Origin: an uncultured Spirochaetota bacterium
GTDB lineage: Bacteria > Spirochaetota > Brevinematia > Brevinematales > JAOACQ01
Length of the DNA: 64,000 bases
Reading direction: 5' to 3'
Assembly (NCBI GenBank): GCA_963768055.1
Contig: CAVYGN010000002.1
Location: 1,568,001 to 1,632,000 of the forward strand
A program made the position numbers and the translations under genes. The notes below the pieces were generated by a model. It saw nothing but the letters and a program-made list of their open reading frames with translations. It was not told the DNA's origin and did no database searches. Below are positions 50,011-61,048 of the stretch, piece after piece. Position 1 is the first letter of the stretch; every line of letters begins with the position of its first letter.

Positions 50011-51570
50011 TCAATCAATCCTGAAATGAGCGCCGATGCTTTCCCTATTGGCGCGGGCATGCCTGGCGACCAGGAGGGCGGTCTGGACTGCATTTCTCAG
50101 TTCTATAATGGTCCTGCAGACCTTTGTATCGCGGTAAAAGTCCTCGACGTCGACATTCAGATTATTAAGATCGATTATAGCACGTCTCAATCTTTTCGAT
50201 CCTCTGACGGCACCTACATAATTCCACATTATATTTTTAAGAAGGTTCCAATCCTGGTTGATAAGGGCAGGGTCCGCTTTATCCGAAACCCCTGTATCTA
50301 TCCAGTCGAGGATCTTTGAAGACCCCGGATCGGTCAGATAATCTTTCTTATTTTTGCCGATATAGGCGGCGGTCCTCTTCCCGAAAATAACGCCTTCGAG
50401 TAATGATGTGCTGGCAAGCCTGTTCGCGCCATGAAGCCCCGTGCAGGCCACTTCTCCGACTGCAAAAAGACGTTCTATATTCGTCCTGCCGTTCATATCG
50501 GTGAGTATGCCTCCGCAGGAGTAATGAAAAGCGGGAACTATCGGTACAGGCGCAAGGGTCAAATCGAAGCCGTATTCAATGCAGGTACTGTAGATATGGG
50601 GGAACCTCGTTTTTATCTTTTCAGGCCCCATCCCGGTAATATCCAGATAAACGAATTTTTCTCCCGATTCGAGCATCTCGTTAAGTATTGCCCTTGTAAC
50701 GATGTCCCTCGGGGCGAGCTCTTTCAGAGGATGGTAGTCTTCCATGAATGCCCGGCCGTTTTTATCTATGATTACAGCCCCTTCTCCCCTCACGGATTCG
50801 GATATTAGAAAATTATGTGCCTTGGGATGATAGAGAGTCGTGGGGTGAAACTGGGTGTATTCCATATTAATAAGCCTGGCCCCGGCCCGATTGGCCATGG
50901 CGTAGCCGTCCCCCGTAGCCTGGACCGGATTTGTCGTATGAAGGTATATCTGCCCCAATCCCCCTGTGGCGAGGATTACGATCCTTGAAAGAATCTTTAT
51001 CACTTTATTAATTTTATTGTCAACCGCGTAAACGCCCATGGATGTAATGGGCTGGTATTTGCGGTATTTGTCTGTGGAATGGTGGTCAAGCGTAATTATG
51101 TCAATCACGGTATGATCGGTGAGAAATGTTATGTTTTCGCAGTTCTCCAGGGTTTTGAGCGCTTTTTTCTCTATGCTTCTGCCGGTAGAATCGAAGGTAT
51201 GAAGGATCCTGCGGGTCGAATGCGCCCCCTCCTCGGTCAGATCGAAACGGCCCTTTCCATCCTTCGAGAATTCAACGCCGAAGTTCCTGATAAGGACTTC
51301 CTCGACCGCGCTTTCGGATTCCAGGGCCACCACACGGACCGCTTCCGGATTCGATATGCCGCCGCCTGCACTCATTATATCCTCGTATAAAAGCCCGGAA
51401 GAATCTTTTTTCCCCTTGTAAACTATACCGCCCTGGGCATGAAAGGTATTGCTCTCTTCGAGGCTTTCCGCCTTGTTGATAAGGCAAACTGAAAAGCCGT
51501 CCTTTGAGAGATAATAAGCGCTTACACAGCCGGCGATTCCGCTGCCGACGACAACTGCGTCGAATTCCAT
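50011..51570 (-). CDS. nadB: L-aspartate oxidase
   Basis: AQGGI, EGAHSTRRILH, QFHPT, GLHGANRLASTSLLE. Confidence 0.96.
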   Translation of the reverse strand: MEFDAVVVGSGIAGCVSAYYLSKDGFSVCLINKAESLEESNTFHAQGGIVYKGKKDSSGLLYEDIMSAGGGISNPEAVRVVALESESAVEEVLIRNFGVEFSKDGKGRFDLTEEGAHSTRRILHTFDSTGRSIEKKALKTLENCENITFLTDHTVIDIITLDHHSTDKYRKYQPITSMGVYAVDNKINKVIKILSRIVILATGGLGQIYLHTTNPVQATGDGYAMANRAGARLINMEYTQFHPTTLYHPKAHNFLISESVRGEGAVIIDKNGRAFMEDYHPLKELAPRDIVTRAILNEMLESGEKFVYLDITGMGPEKIKTRFPHIYSTCIEYGFDLTLAPVPIVPAFHYSCGGILTDMNGRTNIERLFAVGEVACTGLHGANRLASTSLLEGVIFGKRTAAYIGKNKKDYLTDPGSSKILDWIDTGVSDKADPALINQDWNLLKNIMWNYVGAVRGSKRLRRAIIDLNNLNVDVEDFYRDTKVCRTIIELRNAVQTALLVARHARANRESIGAHFRID

Positions 51571-51585
51571 CGGTACCTCCTGTAA

Positions 51586-52353
51586 CTACAGGCTGGAAAG
51601 GATAAGCGGTTCGCCGTCTGTAACGGCTATGGAATGTTCCCAATGGGCCGCATATTTATGGTCGGCTGTAACTACTGTCCATCCGTCTTTCTCAATTCTG
51701 ATCTCATGGCTTCCCAGGGTTATCATAGGCTCAATTGCAAGGACCATTCCCTTTTTAAGTCTCGGCCCTTTGCGCTTCGGATCGTAATAATTAACAATAG
51801 GCGGTTCTTCATGCAGCGCTTTACCGACTCCATGGCCGCAGTAATCCCGGATAATGCCGTAACCCCTTGGATTGAGATAAAAGTAAATCGCTTTTCCTAT
51901 ATCGTTCAAGTAATTGCCCTCCCTGGCGGCGTCGATACCCAGCATCAGTGCGGTCCTCGTGTCCTCGACGAGTTTTCTATGATCGGGTTTAATGCTTCCT
52001 ACGGCATATGTGTATGCCGCGTCCCCGTAATAACCCGAAAGTATTGTTCCGACGTCGATGCTGACAATATCCCCGTCTTTGAGAATGTAATCGCCTGGTA
52101 TTCCATGGATGACCTGATCGTTGACAGAAATGCAGGTCGCCGCCGGGTATTTCGGAATACGGGGCGAGGGAGTGTAGCCCTTAAAAGAGGCAGTCGCGCC
52201 CTTCGACAGGATAAAATCCTCGGAAATCCGGTCGAGTTCCCTGGTACTGATGCCGGCTTTTACACTCTTTTTTAAAAGGTTAAAAAGCTCGGCGATAATG
52301 CGGTTGCTTTTCCTTATGTATTCAATTTCGAAACTGTTTTTTAATTGGATCAT
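51586..52353 (-). CDS. map: Methionine aminopeptidase type I
   Basis: CISVNDQVIHGIP, GHGVG..LHEEP, AIEPM, HWEHS. Confidence 0.96.
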   Translation of the reverse strand: MIQLKNSFEIEYIRKSNRIIAELFNLLKKSVKAGISTRELDRISEDFILSKGATASFKGYTPSPRIPKYPAATCISVNDQVIHGIPGDYILKDGDIVSIDVGTILSGYYGDAAYTYAVGSIKPDHRKLVEDTRTALMLGIDAAREGNYLNDIGKAIYFYLNPRGYGIIRDYCGHGVGKALHEEPPIVNYYDPKRKGPRLKKGMVLAIEPMITLGSHEIRIEKDGWTVVTADHKYAAHWEHSIAVTDGEPLILSSL

Positions 52354-52357
52354 TTTT

Positions 52358-52828
52358 TTATTTGGCCGAGGCTTCTTTGACTTTAAGTTCCGACATTTTT
52401 TTCTTTTCGTCATCGAAAATAGCGTCGAAGTTTATAGCTGGCCCGGAGGTATAAGCGTCTTCTATGATCTTGTCGACGTCCTTTTTTTGCCCCGCAGTTA
52501 TGATTATATTGCCTTTAACAACAACACCGGGCTCCATGGAAAGCTGGGGCGTTATAATATTTCCCAGAACCCTTCCCGTAGAAAGAAGCCTGACTTCCTC
52601 AAGCGCTTCTATATCGCCAAGGACTATGCCGGCTATCGTGACTTTTTTAGCGCGAATGACCTCCGTTTTGACCTTGCCGGTCTCGCCGACGTACAGATGT
52701 TCCTCGGACCTTATCTCCCCCTCGAATTTTCCGTCAACCTGGAAAGACCCATGTACGAAAAATTTCCCCTGAAAAACTGAACCTTCCCCTATCATAGTAT
52801 TGAGAGGCCCTTCGATTTTTGGCGGCAT
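52358..52828 (-). CDS. Bactofilin (polymer-forming cytoskeletal protein)
   Basis: TMIGEGSVFQG...VDGKFEGEI beta-helix pattern; AAGGAGG RBS. Confidence 0.9.
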   Translation of the reverse strand: MPPKIEGPLNTMIGEGSVFQGKFFVHGSFQVDGKFEGEIRSEEHLYVGETGKVKTEVIRAKKVTIAGIVLGDIEALEEVRLLSTGRVLGNIITPQLSMEPGVVVKGNIIITAGQKKDVDKIIEDAYTSGPAINFDAIFDDEKKKMSELKVKEASAK

Positions 52829-52939
52829 AAAAACCTCCTTATCAATAATACGTCCGGACCGATGCCGGAACATAAGTAATAGAAACAATTATAACATAAA
52901 AAATAATTTCATGGTTAATTTATTGAACTATTTCCGGGT

Positions 52940-53785
52940 TTATCCCGAAACTTCGGGGAATATCCCGAATCCGGGAAAGTATTTTTCAGCCCTGTCAATG
53001 CCAATGCCGTAACTGCCGACATCGCCGTTCGTTTCGTCGCCATGAAAATCGCTTCCCGCGGTAAGAATCAGCTTTTCGGAAAAGGCTTCCTCGATTTTGC
53101 GGGATAGCCTGCCTGTGATTTTGGGATGAGAGAATTCGATCCCCGATAAACCGGCTGAAATCATTTTATGTATGTATTCCCAATTCCCCTGAGATCTCAA
53201 AAAAAAGGGATGAGCTATAACTGCAAGGCCGCTATTCTCCCTTATAGACCGGATGACGTCAAAGGTATTTATTTCCCTCCTGGGGATGTAGCAGAGACCG
53301 TCCCTCCCGAGATATTTCTCGAAGGCTTCGTTAGTATTGGCGGTATATCCAAGCCTTGCCATTTCCCTGGCGATATGCATCCTTCCTATCGGGGCGGGAC
53401 TTTTTTTTAACAAATCGTCTATGGGAATATCTATTCCGCATTTTTTCAGGCATTCCCCAATCCGGAATGCCCGCTTTACCCTCGATTTTCTAAATTCGGT
53501 CAATATGCCGCTCATTCCATTATAGGATGCTCCCGGAAAATATCCAAGCATATGAATTTCCCCCAGGCTTTCCAGATAAGTTGAGAATTCACAGCCGGCA
53601 ATAAAAAGCACCGGCAGTTTCCTCTCCCTGATAATTCGTATAGTATCTGCGATCCCGTCGAAAGAGTCATGATCGGTGAGGGAAAACCCGCCGAGTTTTT
53701 TTTCAATAACGAGGTCTATTATTTTCTCCGGGCCGAACAACCCGTCGGAACGGTTCGAATGAATATGCAGATCGACTGTTTTCAA
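52940..53785 (-). CDS. PHP-domain phosphoesterase
   Basis: DLHIHS..SDG, LTDHD, AHP, GSDFHG. Confidence 0.92.
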   Translation of the reverse strand: MKTVDLHIHSNRSDGLFGPEKIIDLVIEKKLGGFSLTDHDSFDGIADTIRIIRERKLPVLFIAGCEFSTYLESLGEIHMLGYFPGASYNGMSGILTEFRKSRVKRAFRIGECLKKCGIDIPIDDLLKKSPAPIGRMHIAREMARLGYTANTNEAFEKYLGRDGLCYIPRREINTFDVIRSIRENSGLAVIAHPFFLRSQGNWEYIHKMISAGLSGIEFSHPKITGRLSRKIEEAFSEKLILTAGSDFHGDETNGDVGSYGIGIDRAEKYFPGFGIFPEVSG

Positions 53786-53851
53786 GAAAGACTCCTTTTA
53801 CTTATTTTACGGATTTAATTAGAATTAATCAAGAAAGGAGAGGTGTGATAT

Positions 53852-53886
53852 AAAAAAACCGCCGTTCCCCTGACGAGGAGCGGCGG
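53852..53886 (-). terminator. Intrinsic terminator after the ankyrin gene
   Basis: CCGCCGCTCCTC-loop-GGGGAACGGCGG followed by T7. Confidence 0.75.
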
Positions 53887-53942
53887 GGAAATGCTTTCCA
53901 GAAAGTATAAAAGGTCCAGGCTTATTTGATAATAATTGAACC

Positions 53943-54554
53943 TTACTTAGCACTCGAATCTTTTAAAAGCTTGATGATATCATCGTTTCTTGCCAATGTC
54001 AAAGCTGTTTTGCCGTCATGATTAACCAATCCTGTATCGGCTTTCGCGTCGAGAAGCACTTTAACCACCTCTGTTTTACTATTTTCGACCGCGTACATCA
54101 AAGCTGACCAGCCTGTATGGGACACTGCATTAACCTTTGCCTTTTCGGCTATTAATGTTTTTAATGTGTCCATCTGTCCGGTTTCGGCTGCCGCCATCAA
54201 ACAGGTCGTCAAATCGGGCGGGATTTGCGCGTTGATGTCGGCTTTTGCAGCAATCAATGCTTTTACTATATCCGTGTGCCCGTTCCAGGAAGCCGCAAAC
54301 AAAGGTGTCCAACCGTTGTTATTAGTGGCATTTACATCGGCCTTCAATGCGATCAATGCATTTACAGAATCTGTTTTACCTCTGAAGGCCGCTGCCGTTA
54401 GAGCTGTCCAGCCGCTATTATCCGCTGCGTTTAAATCGCCCTGATAACCTTTAATAAATGCGGCATCACCGTTTTTTGCCGCATCCAGCAGGGACTCTTC
54501 TGCAAACATGAAGGCCGGGATTGTCAAAAGGATACAAATCAACCAGTTTTTCAT
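53943..54554 (-). CDS. Exported ankyrin-repeat protein
   Basis: Signal peptide; GWTAL / GWTPL / GWSAL / GKTAL repeats. Confidence 0.9.
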   Translation of the reverse strand: MKNWLICILLTIPAFMFAEESLLDAAKNGDAAFIKGYQGDLNAADNSGWTALTAAAFRGKTDSVNALIALKADVNATNNNGWTPLFAASWNGHTDIVKALIAAKADINAQIPPDLTTCLMAAAETGQMDTLKTLIAEKAKVNAVSHTGWSALMYAVENSKTEVVKVLLDAKADTGLVNHDGKTALTLARNDDIIKLLKDSSAK

Positions 54555-54577
54555 ATCGATTTTCCTCCTAAAAAATA

Positions 54578-55357
54578 TTATTCTATCTCCTGGACCATAA
54601 TCCTGCATCTTCCGTACAACGCTTTCTGGGCCTCTTCGAGCTGTTCGGTGAACACCCCACCGGGAGCATAACCCACGGGAATAACCGCCTTAGCGCCGGT
54701 CCATTCCGCCAGTGTAACAAGTCCGGAAATATCGGCCGGCTTAAGGTAAATGCTGGCGATCAGAATGTCGCAATGAATGTTCTTCATTTCGGGTATCAAT
54801 TGGGAAGCTCCGGTATAATAGATCCTGACGCCGTCGATAGTGATGATATACCCAAGCCAGTTATAGGCTTTCATACGGTCGACAACGGCGATATGCTGTA
54901 AAATTATATCGTAAGCGGGGACCGTTTCAATAAAAAGACCGCCGATTCTCCCGGATTCGCCGGGTAAAAAGCCGTAGGCTTTATAACCGGGATGGACATT
55001 AGTAAGATAAAGCGCTTCCTGGCTGGGCATAACGATAAGCGTCGATCCGTTTGTAAGGATGTCGATCTGGGACTTTACATCAAGCGTTCCTAAATGGCTT
55101 ATGTCATGGCTTATGAATATTATTCCGGCAGTATAAAAATCGTCTTTGCCCAGCCTCTTTACATACTCTCTGGGGCTCGGGTCGAAATAAGCCTTAAGAC
55201 CGCCAAGATCCATACTGAAGGTATAAAGGCCATGCCACTTAAACCCGCTGATAATAGAAGATATCTTCTTATCATCGGGCGCTCCTGAACAGCCGCAAAA
55301 AAAAGATAACAATATGAGCGCGGCGGCGGCTTTGGGAAAGTTGAGAAGTGTTTTCAT
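54578..55357 (-). CDS. MBL-fold lipoprotein with degenerate metal motif
   Basis: Lipobox FCGC; IFISHDISHL, VPAY, RIYYTG. Confidence 0.7.
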   Translation of the reverse strand: MKTLLNFPKAAAALILLSFFCGCSGAPDDKKISSIISGFKWHGLYTFSMDLGGLKAYFDPSPREYVKRLGKDDFYTAGIIFISHDISHLGTLDVKSQIDILTNGSTLIVMPSQEALYLTNVHPGYKAYGFLPGESGRIGGLFIETVPAYDIILQHIAVVDRMKAYNWLGYIITIDGVRIYYTGASQLIPEMKNIHCDILIASIYLKPADISGLVTLAEWTGAKAVIPVGYAPGGVFTEQLEEAQKALYGRCRIMVQEIE

Positions 55358-55653
55358 AGTAACCTCCTTTTATAAAGTCAATATAAATTTCTTTTTTTAT
55401 CGAACTGTAAATTATTTTTACTTGTCTCCTCACATTCTAACATTAAACAATCCTTTATTTGTAAACATTTTTTTAGGAAATCATTTACATTTTCCTTTTT
55501 TTTATCAAAGATTTCCGGTAATGCTGAAAAATTAACTTTTGACGGATGGTAAAAGCGCAGGGTCAAAAGCGCCGGATCAAAAGTTGAAAGTTCCCATCCG
55601 GTGTTATAAAATAATTGTTTGGCGGCTGAATGCTATGCAATGAGGAGAGGTCG

Positions 55654-58104
55654 ATGGAAGGGTCGTACGATTTTTTAAAGATAGAAAAAAAATGGCGGGA
55701 TTACTGGGATAAGCACAAAACATTTAAAGTCAAAGAAGACCCCGGATTTACCGATGAAAAGCGCATTTACGTTCTCGATATGTTCCCTTATCCGTCCGGG
55801 TCGGGCCTCCATGTCGGTCACCCTGAAGGCTACACGGCTACCGATATCTATACGCGATATAAAAAACTGCAGGGTTTCAATGTGCTTCATCCGATGGGTT
55901 TCGATTCTTTCGGACTGCCGGCTGAAAATTACGCCATCCAGACCGGGACGCACCCCTCTGAAACCACTTATTCCAACATTGACCGTTTCAGGGAACAGAT
56001 AAAATCGCTCGGGTTTTGTTACGATTGGGATCGCGAAGTCAGGACCAGCGACCCGGAATATTACAGGTGGACGCAATGGATATTCATCCAGCTGTTTAAA
56101 AAAGGACTTGCTTACGAAGCTGAAATGCCCATAAACTGGTGCCCGAATTGCGGTACCGGCCTTGCAAATGAAGAAGTAAAAGACGGGCGTTGCGACAGGT
56201 GCGGAACCCTGATCGAAAGGAGAAGGATCAGGCAATGGGTACTCAAAATAACGGCGTATGCCGAAAGGCTCCTGGACGACCTCGACATTCTCGATTGGCC
56301 TGAACCGATAAAACTGCAGCAGGAGAACTGGATCGGGAAAAGCGAGGGCGCCGAAGTAGATTTTGCCATATACGGGGGCGAAGGTAAGACCGAAGGTAAG
56401 ACCGAAGGTCTTATCCGGATTTTCACCACCAGGCCTGATACTCTTTTCGGAGCGACATACATGGTCCTGGCACCCGAGCATCCGCTCGTGGAGAAAATAA
56501 CCCTTCCGGACATGGCCGACGAAGTAGAAAAATATATTGAAAAAACAGTTTCTAAATCCGAACTTCAGCGTACTGAATTAAACAGGGAAAAGACCGGGGT
56601 ATTTACCGGGGCATACGCAATCAACCCCGTCAATAATGCAAGAATACCGATATGGATTGCGGATTATGTCCTGTGGGGATACGGTACCGGGGCTATCATG
56701 GCTGTACCCGCCCATGACGAACGCGATTTCGAGTTTGCGAAAAAAAACAGCCTTCCCGTTATCCAGGTCGTCAGCCGGGACGGTAGCCTTTACGAAATCG
56801 AGGAAGCGGAAACTCTCGATGGAATAGCGGTAAATTCCGGAGAATGGAGCGGCCTGAAAACGGCAGAATTCAAGAAAGCTATAACGGCATGGCTTGAAAA
56901 GAAAAAGCTGGGCCAGCTTAAAATAAACTATAAACTGAGGGACTGGATCTTTTCGCGCCAGCGGTACTGGGGCGAGCCTATACCCGTAGTGCATTGCGAA
57001 AAGTGCGGAATCGTTCCCCTCGATGAAAAGGACCTGCCGCTGATACTTCCCGATGTAAAATCATACAAACCCACAGGCACGGGGGAGTCTCCGCTCGCTT
57101 CGATCGAGGAATGGGTAAATACAAAATGCCCTAAATGCGGCGGCAAAGCACGGCGGGAAACTAACACCATGCCTCAATGGGCGGGAAGCTGCTGGTATTA
57201 TATAAGATTTACTGACCCTCATAATGGTAAAGAATTTGCGGGAAGCGATAAAATAAAATACTGGCTTCCGGTCGACCTTTATGTGGGCGGAGCGGAGCAT
57301 GCGGTGCTTCATCTGCTTTACGCGAGGTTCTGGCATAAATTTCTTTACGATATAGGGGCGGTTAATTCAGCCGAACCTTTCTCGGCACTGAGAAACCAGG
57401 GAATGATACTGGGCGAGAATAACGAGAAAATGTCAAAGTCCCGGGGCAATGTTGTTAATCCTGACGACGTGGTGGCCGAATACGGGGCCGATACGCTCAG
57501 GATTTACGAGATGTTTTTAGGGCCCCTTGCAGCCGACAAGCCCTGGAACACCCAGAGCATAATCGGCATCAAGCGGTTCCTGGATAAGGTGTGGAGGCTT
57601 TTCGACAGATGCTCTGCCGACGAGGCGGCCATACCTGAAGAACTCTTGAGGCTGAGGCATAAAACCGTAAAGACAGTGACTGAAAAAATTGAAACCCTTG
57701 AATTCAATACGGCGATAAGCCAGCTGATGATTTTTACCAATGCGCTTCAAAAGGAAGAATCCCTGAGCAGGGATATACTGCGCGATATTGCCGTTATCCT
57801 TCATCCCTTCGCGCCTTTCATAACTGAGGAACTCTGGGAAATCCTCGGTGAAAAACCCTCGATAATTTCGGCCGGCTGGCCTGAATACGATCCTTCAATG
57901 ATTGCCGAAGATACGATAAATATTCCGATCCAGGAGAACGGGAAACTCCGCGATACCATCATCATGCCTAAAGATGTAAGCAAAGAAAAAATGGAAGAAT
58001 TGGCCAGGCAAAGCAGGAAGGTCATTGCGGCCCTTGAGGGTAAGGAAATAATAAAAATAATTACCATACCTGGCAAGGTAGTAAATATCGTCACAAGGGT
58101 GTGA
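55654..58104 (+). CDS. leuS: Leucyl-tRNA synthetase
   Basis: MFPYPSG..LHVGH, TTRPDT, KMSKS. Confidence 0.98.
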   Translation: MEGSYDFLKIEKKWRDYWDKHKTFKVKEDPGFTDEKRIYVLDMFPYPSGSGLHVGHPEGYTATDIYTRYKKLQGFNVLHPMGFDSFGLPAENYAIQTGTHPSETTYSNIDRFREQIKSLGFCYDWDREVRTSDPEYYRWTQWIFIQLFKKGLAYEAEMPINWCPNCGTGLANEEVKDGRCDRCGTLIERRRIRQWVLKITAYAERLLDDLDILDWPEPIKLQQENWIGKSEGAEVDFAIYGGEGKTEGKTEGLIRIFTTRPDTLFGATYMVLAPEHPLVEKITLPDMADEVEKYIEKTVSKSELQRTELNREKTGVFTGAYAINPVNNARIPIWIADYVLWGYGTGAIMAVPAHDERDFEFAKKNSLPVIQVVSRDGSLYEIEEAETLDGIAVNSGEWSGLKTAEFKKAITAWLEKKKLGQLKINYKLRDWIFSRQRYWGEPIPVVHCEKCGIVPLDEKDLPLILPDVKSYKPTGTGESPLASIEEWVNTKCPKCGGKARRETNTMPQWAGSCWYYIRFTDPHNGKEFAGSDKIKYWLPVDLYVGGAEHAVLHLLYARFWHKFLYDIGAVNSAEPFSALRNQGMILGENNEKMSKSRGNVVNPDDVVAEYGADTLRIYEMFLGPLAADKPWNTQSIIGIKRFLDKVWRLFDRCSADEAAIPEELLRLRHKTVKTVTEKIETLEFNTAISQLMIFTNALQKEESLSRDILRDIAVILHPFAPFITEELWEILGEKPSIISAGWPEYDPSMIAEDTINIPIQENGKLRDTIIMPKDVSKEKMEELARQSRKVIAALEGKEIIKIITIPGKVVNIVTRV

Positions 58105-58219
58105 ATTACCGGCTTTTAACCCCTGCTTTTGAAAAATTTGACAACCGGCGGTCCGAAATGTTATGATGTTGAATAAATGAAAATTTTGTTTTGAATAAAA
58201 AATTATCGGGAGAGTCGCT

Positions 58220-59143
58220 ATGAAAGATAATGACAATTCCGTCCAGCTTTCCACCCTTCTGAAAGGCAGCACGCCGCAGTATGTAATGTCCGAAGTCAAA
58301 AGGATATTCCAGTTCTCTTATCCCGCCAGTCTTTTTTCCAGAGTGCTCGGCAATTTCAAAAACGTTGTCAGCCTTTTCGATGGGAAATTCCAGGGGTACC
58401 AGGGGTGCAATACAGAGTACCACAACCTGGGTCATTCGCTTGACGCTTTGCTGGCGTCAATGAGGCTTATAGACGGCTACAACCTTTCCGAAGGTAAGTT
58501 GAATGAAAAACTGGCCGTCGATCTTCTGCTGGCAGCACTTTTTCATGATACCGGATATATACAGGAGGATTGGGACAAAAACGGCACAGGGGCGAAATAT
58601 ACGAAGAGCCATGTCGATAGAAGCATAGAATTCATCAGGAATAACAGCGGCAAGCTAATGATGGATAAGGATGAAGTGGATGTTATAGCCCATATCATTT
58701 CATGTACGGGCCTCCAGATGCGCTGGGTCGACATATCTTTCAGCAGCAAGCAGGAGGAAATAGCTGGCGCAATCCTTGGCGCTTCCGACCTTCTGGGACA
58801 GATGGCCGATAGGCTTTACCTTGAAAAGCTGCTCTTCCTTTATAATGAATTCAAGGAAGCCGGTATTCAGGGATATGAAACCGAATTCGATATCATAAGG
58901 AAAACCGCTGCCTTTTACGCAGTCACGGCGGAAAGGCTGAAAAAAGACCTCCTGAGCGTGCATGAGCTCGCAAGGGTCCACTTCAGGGAAAGGATCGGCA
59001 TCGACAGGAACCTTTACATCGAAGCGATCGAGAAGCACATGGATTACCTGAAAAAGATAATAGACGACGGTTCTTCGAATTTCAGGTCAAAGCTGAAGAG
59101 GAGAAGCTCTTATACTTCAGCCGTTGAGGCGCCGGTACATTAA
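58220..59143 (+). CDS. HD-domain protein
   Basis: YHNLGH, FHDTGY, HVDRS, DLLGQMA. Confidence 0.85.
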   Translation: MKDNDNSVQLSTLLKGSTPQYVMSEVKRIFQFSYPASLFSRVLGNFKNVVSLFDGKFQGYQGCNTEYHNLGHSLDALLASMRLIDGYNLSEGKLNEKLAVDLLLAALFHDTGYIQEDWDKNGTGAKYTKSHVDRSIEFIRNNSGKLMMDKDEVDVIAHIISCTGLQMRWVDISFSSKQEEIAGAILGASDLLGQMADRLYLEKLLFLYNEFKEAGIQGYETEFDIIRKTAAFYAVTAERLKKDLLSVHELARVHFRERIGIDRNLYIEAIEKHMDYLKKIIDDGSSNFRSKLKRRSSYTSAVEAPVH

Positions 59144-59315
59144 GGGGCCTGGCTGCAGGGTTGCAAAGGTAAAAGTTATAAATACCCCCGTTTCTGTTGC
59201 TTTTTACACACTATTTCTGTAAAATATAACGGCATAATCTGTTAACAAATCATTCCACTCTAAAAATGTCCAAAAAGACTTTATCAGGGTTTAATGACTT
59301 TTTCGGAGGAAACAT

Positions 59316-60131
59316 ATCTGGCTCTTACTTGTTCCTTTAGGTGTCCTGGTCGGGGCGATCGGCACGATCATAGGCGCCGGCGGGGGTTTTATATTGGTCC
59401 CCGTTCTGATCCTGCTTTACCCTGACAAAAGCCCTGAAAGCATTACAAGCATATCCCTTACAGTGGTGTTTTTTAACGCTTTATCAGGCTCCTTCGCTTA
59501 CGCGAGGGATAAACGGATAGACTATAAATCAGGACTTATGTTCTCAGCGGCAGCGGTACCCGGTTCAATATTGGGTGCATTGAGCTCAAGTTTTATTCCA
59601 ATCAGGGTCTTCGACGGTACTTTGGGTGTATTGATGATAGCAGTATCTTTATTTTTAATAATAAAACCTGAAAACGGCAAGAATGTCCTGCACAGGCATA
59701 TTTCAGGGCATTTTTTCCGTGAAATAACCGACGCCCGGGGAAATAACTACAAGTTTTCATACAATCCCATGAGGGGGATTATCATAAGCGTATTTACAGG
59801 GTATTTTTCAAGCCTTCTAGGGATCGGAGGGGGAATAATACATGTACCGGCCATGGTAAATCTGCTTAATTTTCCCGTACATATCGCAACTGCAACATCG
59901 CATTTCATACTGGGAATTATGTCCTTTTCGGGCTCCCTTGTTCACCTGATAGTGGGAAATCTGAAGGGGAGCGCCCTGTTAATCATCGCTTTATCGGCAG
60001 GGGTCGTTATAGGCGCCCAGGCCGGAGCCGCGTTATCAGGGCGCTTTCACGGGTCCTGGATAATAAGGGTGCTGGCTATTGCGCTTGCCCTCGTAGGAAT
60101 CAGGATCTTTATTATGGCTTTCTGGAGGTAA
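59316..60131 (+). CDS. TauE/SafE (TSUP) permease
   Basis: GTIIGAGGGFILVP and SLLGIGGGIIHVP; the frame begins at ATC 59316 after GGAGG. Confidence 0.85.
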   Translation: MWLLLVPLGVLVGAIGTIIGAGGGFILVPVLILLYPDKSPESITSISLTVVFFNALSGSFAYARDKRIDYKSGLMFSAAAVPGSILGALSSSFIPIRVFDGTLGVLMIAVSLFLIIKPENGKNVLHRHISGHFFREITDARGNNYKFSYNPMRGIIISVFTGYFSSLLGIGGGIIHVPAMVNLLNFPVHIATATSHFILGIMSFSGSLVHLIVGNLKGSALLIIALSAGVVIGAQAGAALSGRFHGSWIIRVLAIALALVGIRIFIMAFWR

Positions 60132-60136
60132 CATTT

Positions 60137-61048
60137 ATGTACAAAGTCTATCTTTACGGCATGGTAACGCCAAGTACCGTTTACAGGCTGCGCGAGGATT
60201 TTACATTTCCAAGGCAGAACACATACGCCGAAATAAAAACTTCGTACCCGTCCATAGGCGGAGAAGCGGCGAATTCGGCAATAATGCTTTCCAAGCTGGG
60301 TGTCAGGACCAGGCTTGACGGAAACTATCTGAGTAAAAAACATGCGCCTTTAGTCAGGAATATGTTCAGGCGTTTAGGAGTCGATGTTTCGCGCCTCAAG
60401 GCAAAAGAAAACTCGGGGACTGAGGAGTTCGTGATCACCGACCGGGATTCAAGGACGGTTTTCGGCAACTACGCCTCTTTCCATGAAGGGGAAAAACAAT
60501 GGAACGATCCCAGGGAAGAAGATATACGGCGCGCCGATTACGTTTCTATCGATCCTTATTTCCGGCGTGAATCGGTCGAAGCCGCAAGGTTATCGATTAA
60601 ATCAGGCAGGCCTTATGTTTCAAACGACTGCATTTACGACGATTATATAACAAAAAATGCAGCTGCCATGATCGTCGGGCATGAACTTATGGACCGAGAC
60701 TATAAGGGTTTAGACCTGGAAACTGTTTTCGTAAAATACCTCGAAAATTGCAGAGGACTCTCCATATTTACCTTCGGGAGCGACGAGTTATGGTTCGCGC
60801 GGCCCGGCGATAAGATAAATAAATTCAAGCCCTTCAAGATAAAACCGGTCGATACGGCAGGCGCCGGAGACACCTTCAGGGCAGGGATAATTTACGGTCT
60901 GTTAAAATCATGGGAAGACGCCAGGACCATAGAATTCGCCTCGGCTGTGGCGGCCTGTGTCTGCCTTTCGATACCCCATTCCCTTAACGCGCCAGGACTA
61001 AACGGAGTCCTTGAATTTTTATCGCAGCAAGGTTCTAATTACTCTTAA
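60137..61048 (+). CDS. PfkB-family carbohydrate kinase
   Basis: GGEAANSA and DTAGAGDTFRAG. Confidence 0.9.
   Translation: MYKVYLYGMVTPSTVYRLREDFTFPRQNTYAEIKTSYPSIGGEAANSAIMLSKLGVRTRLDGNYLSKKHAPLVRNMFRRLGVDVSRLKAKENSGTEEFVITDRDSRTVFGNYASFHEGEKQWNDPREEDIRRADYVSIDPYFRRESVEAARLSIKSGRPYVSNDCIYDDYITKNAAAMIVGHELMDRDYKGLDLETVFVKYLENCRGLSIFTFGSDELWFARPGDKINKFKPFKIKPVDTAGAGDTFRAGIIYGLLKSWEDARTIEFASAVAACVCLSIPHSLNAPGLNGVLEFLSQQGSNYS

Noticed and set aside
55540..55610. T-box or riboswitch upstream of leuS
   Set aside because: Only short AAAAGCG repeats; no recognisable T-box or terminator.
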